Below the pieces are notes generated by a model. The model had not been told where the DNA came from. It searched no databases and was given only the letters and a program-made list of their open reading frames with translations. The position numbers were made by a program, and so were the translations under genes. This document shows positions 25,061-37,490 of a stretch of 64,000 bases of DNA, in pieces. The DNA comes from Mobula hypostoma (taxonomy: Eukaryota): the NCBI RefSeq assembly GCF_963921235.1, contig NC_086097.1:164798001-164862000 (forward strand), given 5' to 3'. The stretch's first letter is position 1; each line of letters starts with the position of its first letter.

Positions 25061-25806
25061 ATTACCACAGCACATAGAAGCATAGCACTCAATCTGTGAA
25101 TGGTATGAACCTCAGAAAAAAAGCCTGCAATGCTCTTTCTGTGTACAACCAATGATAAGACAAAAAGAGAATTGACTACAGGAAAAAAAATAGTGGCAGA
25201 ATGGCGGTTGTCATTTGCTGGTTGTGCCAGAATGACCTATTTCAATATCAAAAGAAAATATGGTAATTGCGACTTATTAATAGGGAGCACTGACCTCAAA
25301 GCAACTATGTTGGGGAACCCCACTAGTGCCATTCCGTTAGTCATGCTGCTGAATTTGTTTTATTTGCAGCCTCACAAACATCAGCCTACTGACCTACAAT
25401 GCTACTTCAATGCAGTTTCTAGGTCAAAAAGCAATTTGTCAAACATCCCAAAAAGCACCATTCAACTTTATTTAGGACCTTATTTTCCCAGGGATAGCCT
25501 TTTACGTTTCAGATCCATCCAAACTGGAATTCAGTTGCCATTTATGTGCCCATTCTGCAGATTTGTTAAAGCCTCTTGTATTTTGTTGCCAATCTCCTCA
25601 GTACTAATTACAGCTCTCAATGCATTGCCAACTTGATAATTATAGTTCTGATTCTCGATTCTAAGTCATTAGTGCAAACTGTGAGCATCAGTGATCTCAT
25701 TGATCTATACTGAGCACCACTCATGATTGAATGACAGAACCGAATCAGGAGATGAATAGCCTACTTCTACCTATTACACCAAAACTATGCAGCCAAATCT
25801 GAAAAA

Positions 25807-26891
25807 AAGGCAACAATTTGTGGGAATAAACGGGACCTTTTCAGAATGGCAGGCGGTGACTAGTGGGGTACCGCAAGGCTCAGTGCTGGGACCCCAGTTG
25901 TTTACAATATATATTAATGACTTGGATGAGGGAATTAAATGCAGCATCTCCAAGTTTGCGGATGACACGAAGCTGGGTGGCAGTGTTAGCAGTGAGGAGG
26001 ATGCTAAGAGGATGCAGGGTGACTTGGATAGGTTGGGTGAGTGGGCAAACTCATGGCAGATGCAATTTAATGTGGATAAATGTGAAGTTATCCACTTTGG
26101 TGGCAAAAATAGGAAAACAGATTATTATCTGAATGGTGGCCGATTAGGAAAAGGGGAGGTGCAACGAGACCTGGGTGTCATTATACACCAGTCATTGAAA
26201 GTGGGCATGCAGGTACAGCAGGCGGTGAAAAAGGCGAATGGTATGCTGGCATTTATAGCAAGAGGATTCAAGTACAGGAGCAGGGAGGTACTACTGCAGT
26301 TGTACAAGGCCTTGGTGAGACCACACCTGGAGTATTGTGTGCAGTTTTGGTCCCCTAATCTGAGGAAAGACATCTTTGCCACAGAGGGAGTACAAAGAAG
26401 GTTCACCAGATTGATTCCTGGGATGGCAGGACTTTCATATGAAGAAAGACTGGATGAACTGGGCTTGTACTCATTGGAATTTAGAAGATTGAGGGGGGAT
26501 CTGATTGAAACGTATAAGATCCTGAAGGGATTAGACAGGCTAGATGCGGGAAGATTGTTCCCGATGTTGGGGAAGTCCAGAACGAGGGGTCGCAGTTTGA
26601 GGATAGAGGGGAAGCCTTTTAGGACCGAGATTAGGAAAAACTTCTTCACACAGAGAGTGGTGAATCTGTGGAATTCTCTGCCACAGGAAACTGTTGAGGT
26701 CAGTTCATTGGCTATGTTTAAGAGGGAGTTGGATATGGCCCTTGTGGCTACAGGGGTCAGGGGGTATGGAGGGAAGGCTGGGGCGGGGTTCTGAGTTGGA
26801 TGATCAGCCATGATCATAATAAATGGCGGTGCAGGCTCGAAGGGCCGAATGGCCTACTCCTGCACCTATTTTCTATGTTTCTATGTTTCTA
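25807..26891 (+). mobile_element. Young CR1 LINE 3' portion
   Basis: Open RT C-terminal frame to 26794 (SGVPQGSVLGP, KFADD, FFTQRVVNLWNSLP) and a (TTCTATGT)n tail at 26870-26891. Confidence 0.95.
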
Positions 26892-27053
26892 ATTCTCGTC
26901 CAACACATACATTAGACTAAAACAATGTTCCCAAAATAGAAGGCAAGTTGGAAGAGAACAAATTATTGACTCACCACAATCCGTAAAGGTGTTAATAGCT
27001 AATATTTTAAACAATAGCTAATAAGTAGGAATTACATAAGTTAAGGAATACAA

Positions 27054-27336
27054 GCAACACACACAAAAGTTGCTGGTGAACGCAGCCGGCCAGGCAGCAT
27101 CTCTAGGAAGAGGTACAGTCAACGTTTTGGGCCAAGACCTTTTGTCAGGACTAACTGAAAGAAGAGCTAGTAAGAGTAAGAGCTCTCACTAGCTCCTCTT
27201 TCAGTTAGTCCTGACGAGGGGTCTCAGCCCGAAACATCGACTGTACCTCTTCCTAGAGATGCTGCCTGGCCTGCTGCATTCACCAGCAACTTTTGTGTGT
27301 GTTGCTTGAAATTCCAGCATCTGCAGATTTCCTCAT
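27054..27336. mobile_element. Palindromic Penelope-terminus element with 14-bp TSD
   Basis: ~120-bp inverted arms (27051-27171 and 27188-27308) and GTTAAGGAATACAA at 27040-27053 and 27337-27350. The arm sequence matches the PLE termini at 32191-32300 and 59600-59721. Confidence 0.9.
27207..27242 (+). ncRNA. Minimal type I hammerhead ribozyme motif (PLE-type, one substitution in stem III)
   Basis: agtc-CTGACGA-ggggtctcagccc-GAAA-CATC-gact: stem I, core, stem II, GAAA and cleavage triplet. Confidence 0.7.
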
Positions 27337-28194
27337 GTTAAGGAATACAAATTGGAACTTTAAATTATAAAGGACAACTTGTGACACAACATTGCTGTTA
27401 CAGATTCTGAATGAATTTATTAGAACTCTATTAACCAGCCTCTTACATAAGTGCTCTTGGGCTCCATATCTGCCATTAGTATCATTATGGTTAAAATAAA
27501 AGGTTGTAGGTGTCAAACAGGAAGGAAATTCATTCACTTCTAAATGAACTGAGGTAAGGAAAACAGAAAAGGTTCAATGATTGTTCATTAATTTTTCAAA
27601 GCGATAGCCTTTCTTCCATTATATGAAATGCAGCTTCAGAAAACATTCCACGCCAGGTTCATGAATTTTCATAATAGCCAAAGTTAAGGGACAGAGCATA
27701 ATGAGCGTGAGATAAAAGTACAGCAAGTTTTCTAGTTTCAGTCTTACAGATTCTACAGGCAGATTTTAGTTGACAGATGATAATCACTTCATTGCAAAAT
27801 CTACCATAACATCAGTGTAAAATTGTGAAAGATGGGGTTGTTAAGAAAGATTGAGATATGAGGTAAACATTTCCAACAGTTTCTTTCAAATACTGCTTTG
27901 TTTTGCACTATAATCTTTTTCCCAATAGGGCTCAGCCCATTTAAGTTAGAGCTAGGTAGAATTAGGGTAAAATTGCACCAGATAATGCTGTTTCAAAGCA
28001 GACTGCTGGAATTTAACTCAGAATTCACAGCTCCTTGTGTTGAAAGTCAGATTTTTAAAAAAGGCCAATATCAATAGAAGTTAATCTTGAGTTCATTTCT
28101 CAATTGGAGTGAAACATAGGAAGAGAACCAGACTCCTTGCTCCTTGAGTCTTTCCTAGCATTCAATCAAACCATGGTTAATCTGCACATTAAAT

Positions 28195-28900
28195 CGAATG
28201 GTTGTGGACCTTAGGAAGGGGAAGTCAGGAGAACACACACCAGTGGAAAGGGTGAGCAGCTTCAAATTTCTGGGTGTCAACATCTCAGAGGATTTATCCT
28301 GGCCCAACATATTGATGCAGTCATGAAGAAGACACACCATATTTCTATACTTTATTAGGAATTTCAAGATTCAAAATTGATTAATGTGAGAATTAAATAA
28401 TTGTTGTAAACGAGAGAAATCTGCAAATATTGGAAACCCGAGCAATGCACACAAAATGCTGGAGGAACTCAGCAGACCAGGCAGCGTCTATGGAAAAAAG
28501 TACAGTCGACATTTTGGGCCAAGACCCTTCAGCAGGACTGGACTCTGGATCCTATGCAACAAAAAAAACACAGTAAGTTAGAGAACACAAATCACCAAAA
28601 ACTCTTGCAACTTTCTACAGATATATGGTGGAGAGCATCACAACCTAGCATGATTTTCCAATGTACAGAATCAAAAGAAGGTACTAGACTCAGCCAGCTC
28701 CACCACAGGAACAATCCTCCCCACCACTTGGCACATGTTAAAGAGCTGTGGCATCTACAACTAAGGACCTTCTGGGACATGCATTCTTCTCATTAGAGCC
28801 ATCAGGGTGGAAGTAGAGGAAGAGGAAGACCCACACTCATTGACTTAAGAACAGCTTCTTCCCCTCTGCCATCAAATTTCGGAGCAGTTCATGACCTTAT
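28195..28900 (+). mobile_element. Old Rex1/Babar fragment interrupted by a PLE terminal fragment (~28405-28545, minus)
   Basis: ERVSSFKFLGVNISEDLSW motif, and a PLE end with a decayed hammerhead at 28504-28539. Confidence 0.65.
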
Positions 28901-29619
28901 GAGCACCACTTCATTCTACCCTTCTTTTGGACTATTTATTTTGCAATACACAGTAATTCTTACATCTTGTGTAAAACAACAAATTTCACAACATATGTCA
29001 TTGATGATAGACCTGATTCTGGTTCTGATATTTAAACATCTTGGTCCGGTAATCCTCAAATTTATCCATAAATCTCAGTTTTGAAGGCTTCAGCTGACTG
29101 GCAGACCTCAAGAGCTTTCCTGGGGGAGACAATTTCAAGCTTCCACCACCTGTTGCATGAAGGTGTACTCTCTGACAGTATCTTTGTAATAATGCAGATT
29201 TGCAGAAAAACTTTCACGCACAACACAGTTATGATTTGGAAATCACTGACCCTGAGGGCAATGCAAACAGAATTAATCTAAACTTTAAAAAGAATACTGC
29301 GTAGCCACTTGAGAAAGAATAATTTGCATTGTTAACAGAAATGAGCAAAGGAATGAAAATTACAGAATTACTTAACTGGGACTCAGCATGGACTTAATAG
29401 GCCATATTTGTTCTGAAATTCAGAATGGTACAGATTTAATTTTTAGATTGTTCCTCCACTTTATGGACCATCTAACATATGGAACTATTCTATCTGCTCT
29501 ATCAGCTCCTTCAACCATTTTAAACCCTTGTTTCATTGCTGCTAAATCTTCATTGATGAAGGTAGTCGTGCTGTTTTAGGCAAGAAATAAAAGAAGGAGC
29601 TAATATAACAGTATAGCAA

Positions 29620-29925
29620 GGAACAGGCCCATGACTGTGTTGACCATGATGTCAATCTAACAACCATATCTGCCTTTACATGATCCTTATCCCTCCTTTC
29701 CTTACCTGTTCATATCTCTATCTTAAACATTGCTCTTACATCTGCTTCCACTGCCACCCCAGAAGTGTGTTCCATGCACCTGCTACTCTCTGTGTGAAAA
29801 CATACCTCACAGATCCCTTTTAAACTTTCTCCCCTCACTTTAAACCTATGCCCTGTTGAATTTGGCATTTCCATCCTGGGAAAACGACTTTGACTATTGA
29901 CCCTATCTGTGCCCCTCATTGTTTT
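29620..29925 (-). mobile_element. CR1 3' fragment
   Basis: MRGTDRVNSQSRFPR...GHRFKVRG. Confidence 0.75.
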
Positions 29926-31189
29926 ATATACTATCAGTACACCCTTCAGAAATCAAAACTACTCTTAAGTGAATGAGGCAAAATAAAATCTTATTTATCT
30001 TCTGAAAATTGTAGCAATAGTAATTTATTTTGCTTTTCCCCCTTTGTTCACTTGTTTTCCTAAAGTTCCACCTTAACACAACCTGCAGTGGCAGCTCAAA
30101 CAAGCCAGTGCCACTGCTGGTGACCTCACGGGTAGTCATCCTTGTATGATGTGCACTCCGATCAATCCTATAATGACGTTCCACTAAGTGGAAAAAATGT
30201 ATTCAATCCTTTATTAGCATCTAGCAAAGCAAACAATCTTGAAGCGATCCAATTAAATGGTCGACAAAGGATATGACACCCGGCGGTCCACGGCTCCAAA
30301 CTGCCCGGAACAAAACATGGATAAGGAGCTTATTCGCTTTGCCTTTACCACACCCCCACCCATGTGACTAGTTACCATAACAAACACGCAACACAAAATA
30401 CAATACAGATGGAAAACAGATACATGGCTCCTACATACCTGCCCCCTAATTATTATACTATAATAATTACAGCTACCAACTACCAAAACACAGGAGACAC
30501 GAAATCCTGACATCCACGCAAATGTCCTCTTTCTGTTAAGTGGTCCATCCTGGATTGTGATCTTCTCTTGACACACCAGGTTGTTCCTTTTGACTGCATT
30601 TGGGAAAATCTGACTTGAATTGCTGCTGCCGAGTTCAAAAATAAAATCCTGTTAACTGTCAGCCCTGGCTGACCGTAATCTCTTTCGCCACCATTGTCTC
30701 TGTCAGCCCTGGTTGAGCGTAGTCTCTTTCACCACCATGGTCTCCTTTCAATGGTCCATTAACAGTCCAACCCAGCATTGATCTGATTGTATAGGGTCCA
30801 CCATTAACACTGCAAATCACTTGCTGTAGCTCCAATACTTTAGGCACATTTGTCCTATGAGCGGCTCAGCTTCTGAATCAAATTCCAACAAGTAGATATG
30901 ATTCAGGTGAGACCATTCCTGAAGATCCCTTTGATAAGGACTGTTCCTGAAATCCTGAAATGACATAGCTTCTCATGACCTCTCTTGACCCATGGTGCAT
31001 AAGAGAATGAGCTCCTTTTTCTGTCAGATTGAGTTTCTTCATGAGTTTCACTGTGCAGAACACTGCCGTACTTCTTTGATCCAGGAAAGCATAAATAACC
31101 ACTGTCTTGTTACCCTTCTTAGACTTCACCCGGCCCCCATAAGGCCATTGGATACCAGGGTGTTACTCACTGCTTTGTCTGATTCTTTC

Positions 31190-31703
31190 ACGGCTTCAAC
31201 TCAAGTCGTCACTTTTTATTGTCACTTCAACCATAACCGTTGGTACAGTACACAGTAAAAACGAGACAACGTTTTTCAGGACCATGGTGCTACATGAACA
31301 ATACAAAAACTACACTGAACTATGTAAAATAACACAAAACTACACTAGACTACAGACCTACCCAGGACTGCATAAAGCGCACAAAACAGTGCAGGCATTA
31401 CAATAAATAATAAACAAGAAATAATGCACAGTAGAGGGCAGTAGGTTGGTGTCAGTCCAGGCTCTGGGTATTGAGGAGTCTGATGGCTTGGGGGAAAAAA
31501 CTGCTACATAGTCTGGTCGTGAGAGCCTGAATACTTCGGTGCCTTTTGTCAGATGGCAGGAGGGAGAAGAGTTTGTATGAGGGGTGCGTGGGGTCCTTCA
31601 CAATGCTGTTTGCTTTATGGATGCAGCATGTGGTGTAAATATCCGTAATGGCAGGAAGAGAGACCCCGATGATCTTCTCAGCTGACCTCACCATCCACTG
31701 CAG
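31190..31703 (-). mobile_element. Rex1/Babar 3' fragment inserted in the BEL/Pao element
   Basis: VRSAEKIIGVSLP...DPTHPSYKLFSLLPSDKRHRSI...FFPQAIRLLN. Confidence 0.85.
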
Positions 31704-32190
31704 AGTCTGGCAATCTGCAATTTTTTCGAATCTGCAGCCTCTTCAGCAGAGTCACTATGAAGTATACTGGGATGCTTGCCACTGCATACCTTGCTTGAAA
31801 AACACTTCCTACAATCCTTGCTGATGTGTCCTGTACACAAACAACCAAAGTACACACCATTTTGTTTTAGGCAGGCTATCTTCCTATTATGAACCTTTTT
31901 CCCCAGCTGAGAGCACAAATCTGAAGTATATTCACCCTGGTAGAAGAGACACACCCTTTTGGCTGACAAAACCGTTTCCCTTTCATTAGTCCTGGGCTCA
32001 GTTTTAGCTTTACTTTTCACAATAGCCACAGTAGTGGCAAAGCTACTTTGGAACAAATTCTTTACTTACTCTTATTTACACGTTTGCTCACTGCCAGTGA
32101 TGTATACATTTCTAACACTAGTTGTGTAGCAATCTTTACTTGCCTTTCAATAAATTGAACAATGTCAGTGAAAGTAATCCAATGGTTGTG

Positions 32191-32699
32191 ACATACATCA
32201 AAGTTGCTGGTGAACGCAGCAGGCCAAGCAGCATCTATAGGAAGAGGCGCAGTCGACGTTTCAGGCCGAGACCCTTCGTCAGGACTAACTGAAGGAAGAG
32301 TGAGTAAGGGATTTGAAAGCTGGAGGGGGAGGGGGAGATCCAAAATGATAGGAGAAGACAGGAGGGGGAGGGATAGAGCCAAGAGCTGGACAGGTGATAG
32401 GCAAAAGGGGATACGAGAGGATCATGGGACAGGAGGCCTAGGGAGAAAGACGGGGGGGGGGACCCAGAGGATGGGCAAGAGGTATATTCAGAGGGACAGA
32501 GGGAGAAAAAGGAGAGTGAGAGAAAGAATGTGTGCATAAAAAGGAGTAACAGCTGGGGTACGAGGGGGAGGTGGGGCCTAGCGGAAGTTAGAGAAGTCAA
32601 TGTTCATGCCATCAGGTTGGAGGCTACCCAGACGGAATATAAGGTGTTGTTCCTCCAACCTGAGTGTGGCTTCATCTTTACAGTAGAGGAGGCCGTGGA
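32191..32699 (-). mobile_element. Penelope-like 3' fragment inserted in BEL/Pao gag
   Basis: Homologous to 20745-21230; TSD CCAATGGTTGTG at 32179-32190 and 32700-32711. Confidence 0.9.
32251..32286 (-). ncRNA. Minimal type I hammerhead ribozyme motif, intact core
   Basis: Minus strand agtc-CTGACGA-agggtctcggcct-GAAA-CGTC-gact, with palindromic ACGT in place of stem III and a GUC triplet. Confidence 0.8.
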
Positions 32700-33269
32700 C
32701 CAATGGTTGTGCCTTTTTTACAGATAACAGGCCACTGTCCTCCATTTATCCCTAAGCATGTAGGGCAATTTCTTTACAACAATCAACATAGTAGCAGGCA
32801 TGTCCAGCTCACACATGTCCTGCACTTCTTCCACGGCATTGCGACAGCCTCTAAGAAAAAGACTGTAATCTTGAAGAGCTTTCACGACTTCTGATTTCAT
32901 ATGCAGCCAAGGAAGAGCCTTTCCAATGTAGGCTGCAGCAATTTTGTTCTCATCACCAAAATGCTCCAGTAGTAAAGCTTTGGCTTTTAAATATCTTTGG
33001 TCCAGGTTGGCTTGCTGGCAAATTTTGACAAGCTCTCTAGGGTAACCTCTAGTGAACTGTTCGACAAAATAGAGATAGTTGCTATAATCATCGGTCTTAA
33101 TTTCAATGCTATTCTTGGATTTTCTCTGCCATGTCAACATAGGAACTCACACCATTGAACTAACTTGCTGAAGCACCTTTACCACCCACAGCATCTGAAG
33201 CTTCATTGCTTTCACTTTGGTCATCCTGGCTGCAATTTCGTCCTGCAAATTAAGCTGCTCCAGCTTTCT

Positions 33270-33380
33270 TCGTAGCTGCTTATGGTTTCTCCAAAGCTGT
33301 TCTTTCATCTGCTCCTTTCCTCCCCAAAGCTGTTCTTCCATCTGCTCCTTTCTTCTCCAAAGCTGTCCTTCCATCCTCTC
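33270..33380 (-). repeat. 33-bp in-frame tandem repeat in the BEL/Pao gag N-terminus
   Basis: MEGQLWRRKEQ MEEQLWGGKEQ MKEQLWRNHKQ. Confidence 0.8.
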
Positions 33381-35527
33381 CACCTCTTCTTCCAATGTAT
33401 GTTTATCAGTCAATATTTGTTGCCTTGCACATAACTCAGCTAAATCAGTCTCTATTCTAATACGTACCAAAGTGTTATCAGATGCACAGGATGCTCTACT
33501 AGCAATAGAACCTGCAGCATGCATGTTAGATGCACTGTCTTCAGGGTGTATGTCATCCTGAAAACCATCAGCTCTATATGTGGTCAAAGCATGCCCTGTG
33601 GCTTGGTAAATATTTTCATATACTCCAGCAATTCGATCTTCAACATTGCATGTTCTTTTCAACCATGGTTCAACCTCTGCTGTGACTGTATTAATAAGAG
33701 TCTGAACATTCGCAAAGCTTTTGGTTTGATTATCTTGCCCTGAGCTAGGCATTAAAGACAACGACACATTATGTTACTTATCAAAATCTTCACAAAGATT
33801 TTTCAAATCGTCCAAACGAGATTGCACTTGAAAGACATTTTGCTTTTCTTGTACTGGGAAATGGCTAATTAATAGTATTAAATCATTAATCTTCTTAACA
33901 ATTTTATAGTCCTTTTGAATACTACCAATTCTACTTGCCAAATTTTTTTCAGTAAATTTAATTTCTCTTTTAGTCCTGACTTTAAGGACGCTGCTTCCAG
34001 TTTGACTCATGTTGTTTTCAAATGTGAGAACTAAACAAAACAACACCATTCAATTCAGATGTCAACAATGAAATATTTCAGCATTTTAACAGCACCAAGT
34101 GCCAAACTCTTAGGTGAACATCACATCAGGATGACCAACCCCAAACATGCAGCATGAATCAACAAAAGATTTCTGCTCGCCACAATGCAGTTAGAAAACA
34201 GATGCATTACTCCTACACAAGCCATTCCACTTCTAGTTCATTCTTTGGGTGCACTAGAAACTAAGTAAGCTAGACATCTATCTAATTGCTGGGATATAAG
34301 AATATATTTGTAAGTCATATTAAAGTTACCATCAAGTGATGTAAACCAGATCGTTTCTATAAAAGGTAGTAACCTATCCTTTAAATTTGGGTATTAAGCT
34401 AAAATTCTATGTAAGTACAGGGAAAACATTCCACTAACAGCATGGAAATCCTTTATAGATTACAGGATCTGTCAACGTCATCATTAACTTGTCAGAGCTG
34501 ATATTGTGGCCTTCATTGACCATGGCACATCCTATTTTACTGGACAAGGATAAGCAAGGAATTCTCTGTACATAGTGCATTGGGCTAAAAGGAATGCAGC
34601 TTCAAGGCCAGGACTAGGGTGCCAAAAATAATTACACTAATGATATAAGAATACAGTAACCAGTTGATGTACTTGCAAACCAGAGAGCATGAAGTCAAAT
34701 TCCATCAAATCAAGTTGGAAAGTTAAAAATAGTAAATGCCATACGATGTCTGACACAAGATAAAATTACCGTGAAAACAGCTGAAGAACTGTAAGTTACC
34801 AACAATTCATTAATGGAACTTAAAGATAGCAAGCTTCCACTCCTAGCAAGCTTAGTGTTATGTACTCATGTATATTTTAACCCTTACTGGTTGCTGTCAA
34901 GATTCCCTGTGTGTTACGTACTGAATGTAATGTGAGAGGGCATTCAGGGCAGATGACTTGCAAGCAAAATAGACAGCTGCAAGTTTGCTCCTCACCTCTC
35001 TGTCTCTCATGTGTGGTATTCACGGCCACCCCACTTCCCAGTATCATAAACGTAACAACTGGCAACAAGGTGACAAGTCCTCACACGATATTTATTGTTC
35101 TGTTCCCTTCAGCAAGAAAAGTCCATGTGCAACGTTGGTGGTGTACCACTGTGAAATATGAGTGAGTGAAAAGAAAACGGTTGCAGGAAACATGGCGAGT
35201 GAAGAATCTGAGGAGAGAGAACTAGGACAAGATGGTTAAGTAAAACAAATAAGAGAGGGAGAGAGAGACGGATAAGACTAGTTAATTTTTCTGGAATGTG
35301 ATTGTATTTAAATATGACAACAATATTTGGAGATATAGGGCCATGTGATAAAATGACAGAGCAATGGAGTCCATATACTGAATGATTTGAATATTTTGCA
35401 CTGGCAAATCAAATTTCAGATGATACTCATGTTCCAACTTTTCTGACTGAGATGGGTGCAAAAATGTTTAATTTATTATGCAGTCTAGTGCAACCTGCTA
35501 TACCCAACGAAAAGTCATAGTTACAGC

Positions 35528-36123
35528 TGAAACCGAATTGTTTCCTTGGCTGCATAAGTCTAGGAAAGACACTCTCCAGTCCTGCCAAACTCAGGAGATT
35601 GAGACAGCTTTCCCACTCCAAACCCCGGTCTGTGTGGATGCTGTGTCATTTTCTACCCTGTTACAAATTAGTGCCATGAAATGACAGACAGTACATTGCA
35701 TACAATTAAAGGAATTATATTTATGAATCTTAACTAAAGGGTTAGTAAAGAAAAAACAAAAAGAAAAGGGCCTATTTTATTTAAACAGTCAAATGTACAG
35801 AAGTTGGAGCTCAACGTTTCACCATATTCATCGATCATCAATTGATCATTGCCCCTGCCTTCATTGAATCATGGTCCCGCTCCAGGTCGAATCCTACGAC
35901 CTGTTCTCTCCAGGAACATCTCTTCATCTCCCGCTGAACAAAATCCCCAAGCCTAAACTTAGTGTCCCTCACCAGAAAAGCCTTCCCTCAGTTCTACCAT
36001 CCTAATTGGATGATACACATTCCTCTTATCCAAACAAGTTGAAAGTAGAACAGATTGCTCTTACAGAACTGCTAAATGAAATACATATAGCACAACAGTG
36101 AAAATATGAACCAGAGCATTACA
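35528..36123. mobile_element. Solo LTR-like element (596 bp)
   Basis: TGAAAC...ATTACA termini with CAGC/CAGT flanks; colinear with the disrupted copy at 40226-46750. Confidence 0.7.
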
Positions 36124-36169
36124 CAGTCTTAAGGGACCACTATTCACCTAAACATTTGATTATTACTGA

Positions 36170-36570
36170 GAGGTTTAGATTTCATAAAAGGAATCAAGAG
36201 GAAGTCAAGACTATTTCACAATTGTCTGAACAGTGTGATTTTGGGCACATTACGTGATAGACTTGTCATGTGGTCTGCATAGTGAACCAATTCAGAAACA
36301 TTTGCTTACAAAAGACAAACTAACACTACTGAAGGTAATTGAGATTAGTACATTTATGGAGAAGGCAGCTAAAGAAGCAAGCTATTGAACAAATCTTCCT
36401 AAGTTCATAAAGTTTCTACTGATTTTAAGAATAAGACACCTGTTGGCAATCAATGTTACCATTGTGGCAAAACTGGGCATTCAGCAAAAGAATGCTGATA
36501 TGAGGATTTAGATTGCCAAAGCTGAGGCAAAAAATGTCATATTGAACACACTTGTAAAAGTAAAACCCGT
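36170..36570 (+). mobile_element. Degenerate Gypsy gag fragment with CCHC zinc knuckle
   Basis: FHKRNQ, IQKHLLTKDKLTL, CYHCGKTGHSAKEC at 36454-36496, and a second decayed knuckle. Confidence 0.7.
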
Positions 36571-36929
36571 GTGTGTGAGTAAATGGGCAACTCTAGTGGT
36601 TCTTGTCAACACCTCAGGTTCCTCTCCAAGTCGCATATCATCCTGACTTGTGTCACCAAGTCCAGCTCTTGGAATTTGCTACCACCAGCATTGTGAGACT
36701 ACGTTCACCAGGATTACAGCACTCAAAAGGTCAAAAAGACCAGGGTGACCACACCATTGACACCAACATTATGAAACAGCTTTAAAAAACACCGGGCCTA
36801 ACAGCTTCTGAATCCTTGAGGACACATCAGATGAACTGGATTGTTTAATGTACCACAAGACCAGCAATGGTTTCCTCGTGTAACAAATTAAATTGAAGTA
36901 AATTTAAGCTAATTTATTTTAACTGCCTC

Positions 36930-37490
36930 AGTTGTTTGGGCATTAGGTTTTTGTGTAAGGCAAGTCATGTTGCAGCTGTATACAATGTTGAATAAGCCAC
37001 ACTGGAAGTATTGAGTGCATCTCTCGATGCCTTATCATAGGAAGGATATGGTGGCTTTGGAAAGGTGCAGAAGAGGATTTTCGGGATACTACCTGAATTA
37101 GAGAGCATTTGCTATAAGTAGAGGCAGTATAAACTTGAGCTGTTTTCTCTGGAGCATCAGAGGTGAAAATCCTGATAAGATGTGTGTAAAATTATGAGAG
37201 GCATAGACAGGGTAGATGGTCAAAATTGTTTACCCAGGATATAACTGTCAAATATTAGAGGACAGGCACTTAAGGTGAAAGGGGGAAAGTTTAGAGAGAT
37301 GTGTAGGGTAAGTTTTTACAAAGGGGTGTTGGGAATGTGGTGTCAGTAGATACTACAGAGGCACTTAAGAGGTTTTTAGATTGACACATGAATATGCAGG
37401 GAGAAGAGATTTAATTTAGTTTGGCATTATGTTCAGCACCGATATTGTCAGCTGCTGGATTGTTCCTGTGATGTATTCTTCTATGTTCAA
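36930..37490 (+). mobile_element. Degenerate CR1 3' fragment
   Basis: Nucleotide similarity to the CR1 RT C-terminus and 3' end (ttctatgtt). Confidence 0.7.

Larger units (their letters stand above)
30170..34080 (-). mobile_element. Degenerate BEL/Pao LTR retrotransposon (gag, protease, most of pol deleted, 3' LTR remnant)
   Basis: BEL-type gag EQFTRGYPRELVKIC...EHFGDENKIAAAY...KKLPYMLRDKWR; Cys/His array GCLCTGHISKDC...CSGKHPSILH; protease [17 protein letters not shown]; purine tract followed by TGTAGG at 30450-30430 on the minus strand. Confidence 0.8.

Noticed and set aside
25130..25636. 168-aa ORF
   Set aside because: No recognisable domain or splice context; its 3' half resembles decayed antisense CR1.
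26125..26817. 230-aa minus-strand ORF
   Set aside because: It is the antisense shadow of the intact CR1 RT frame, with no independent motif.
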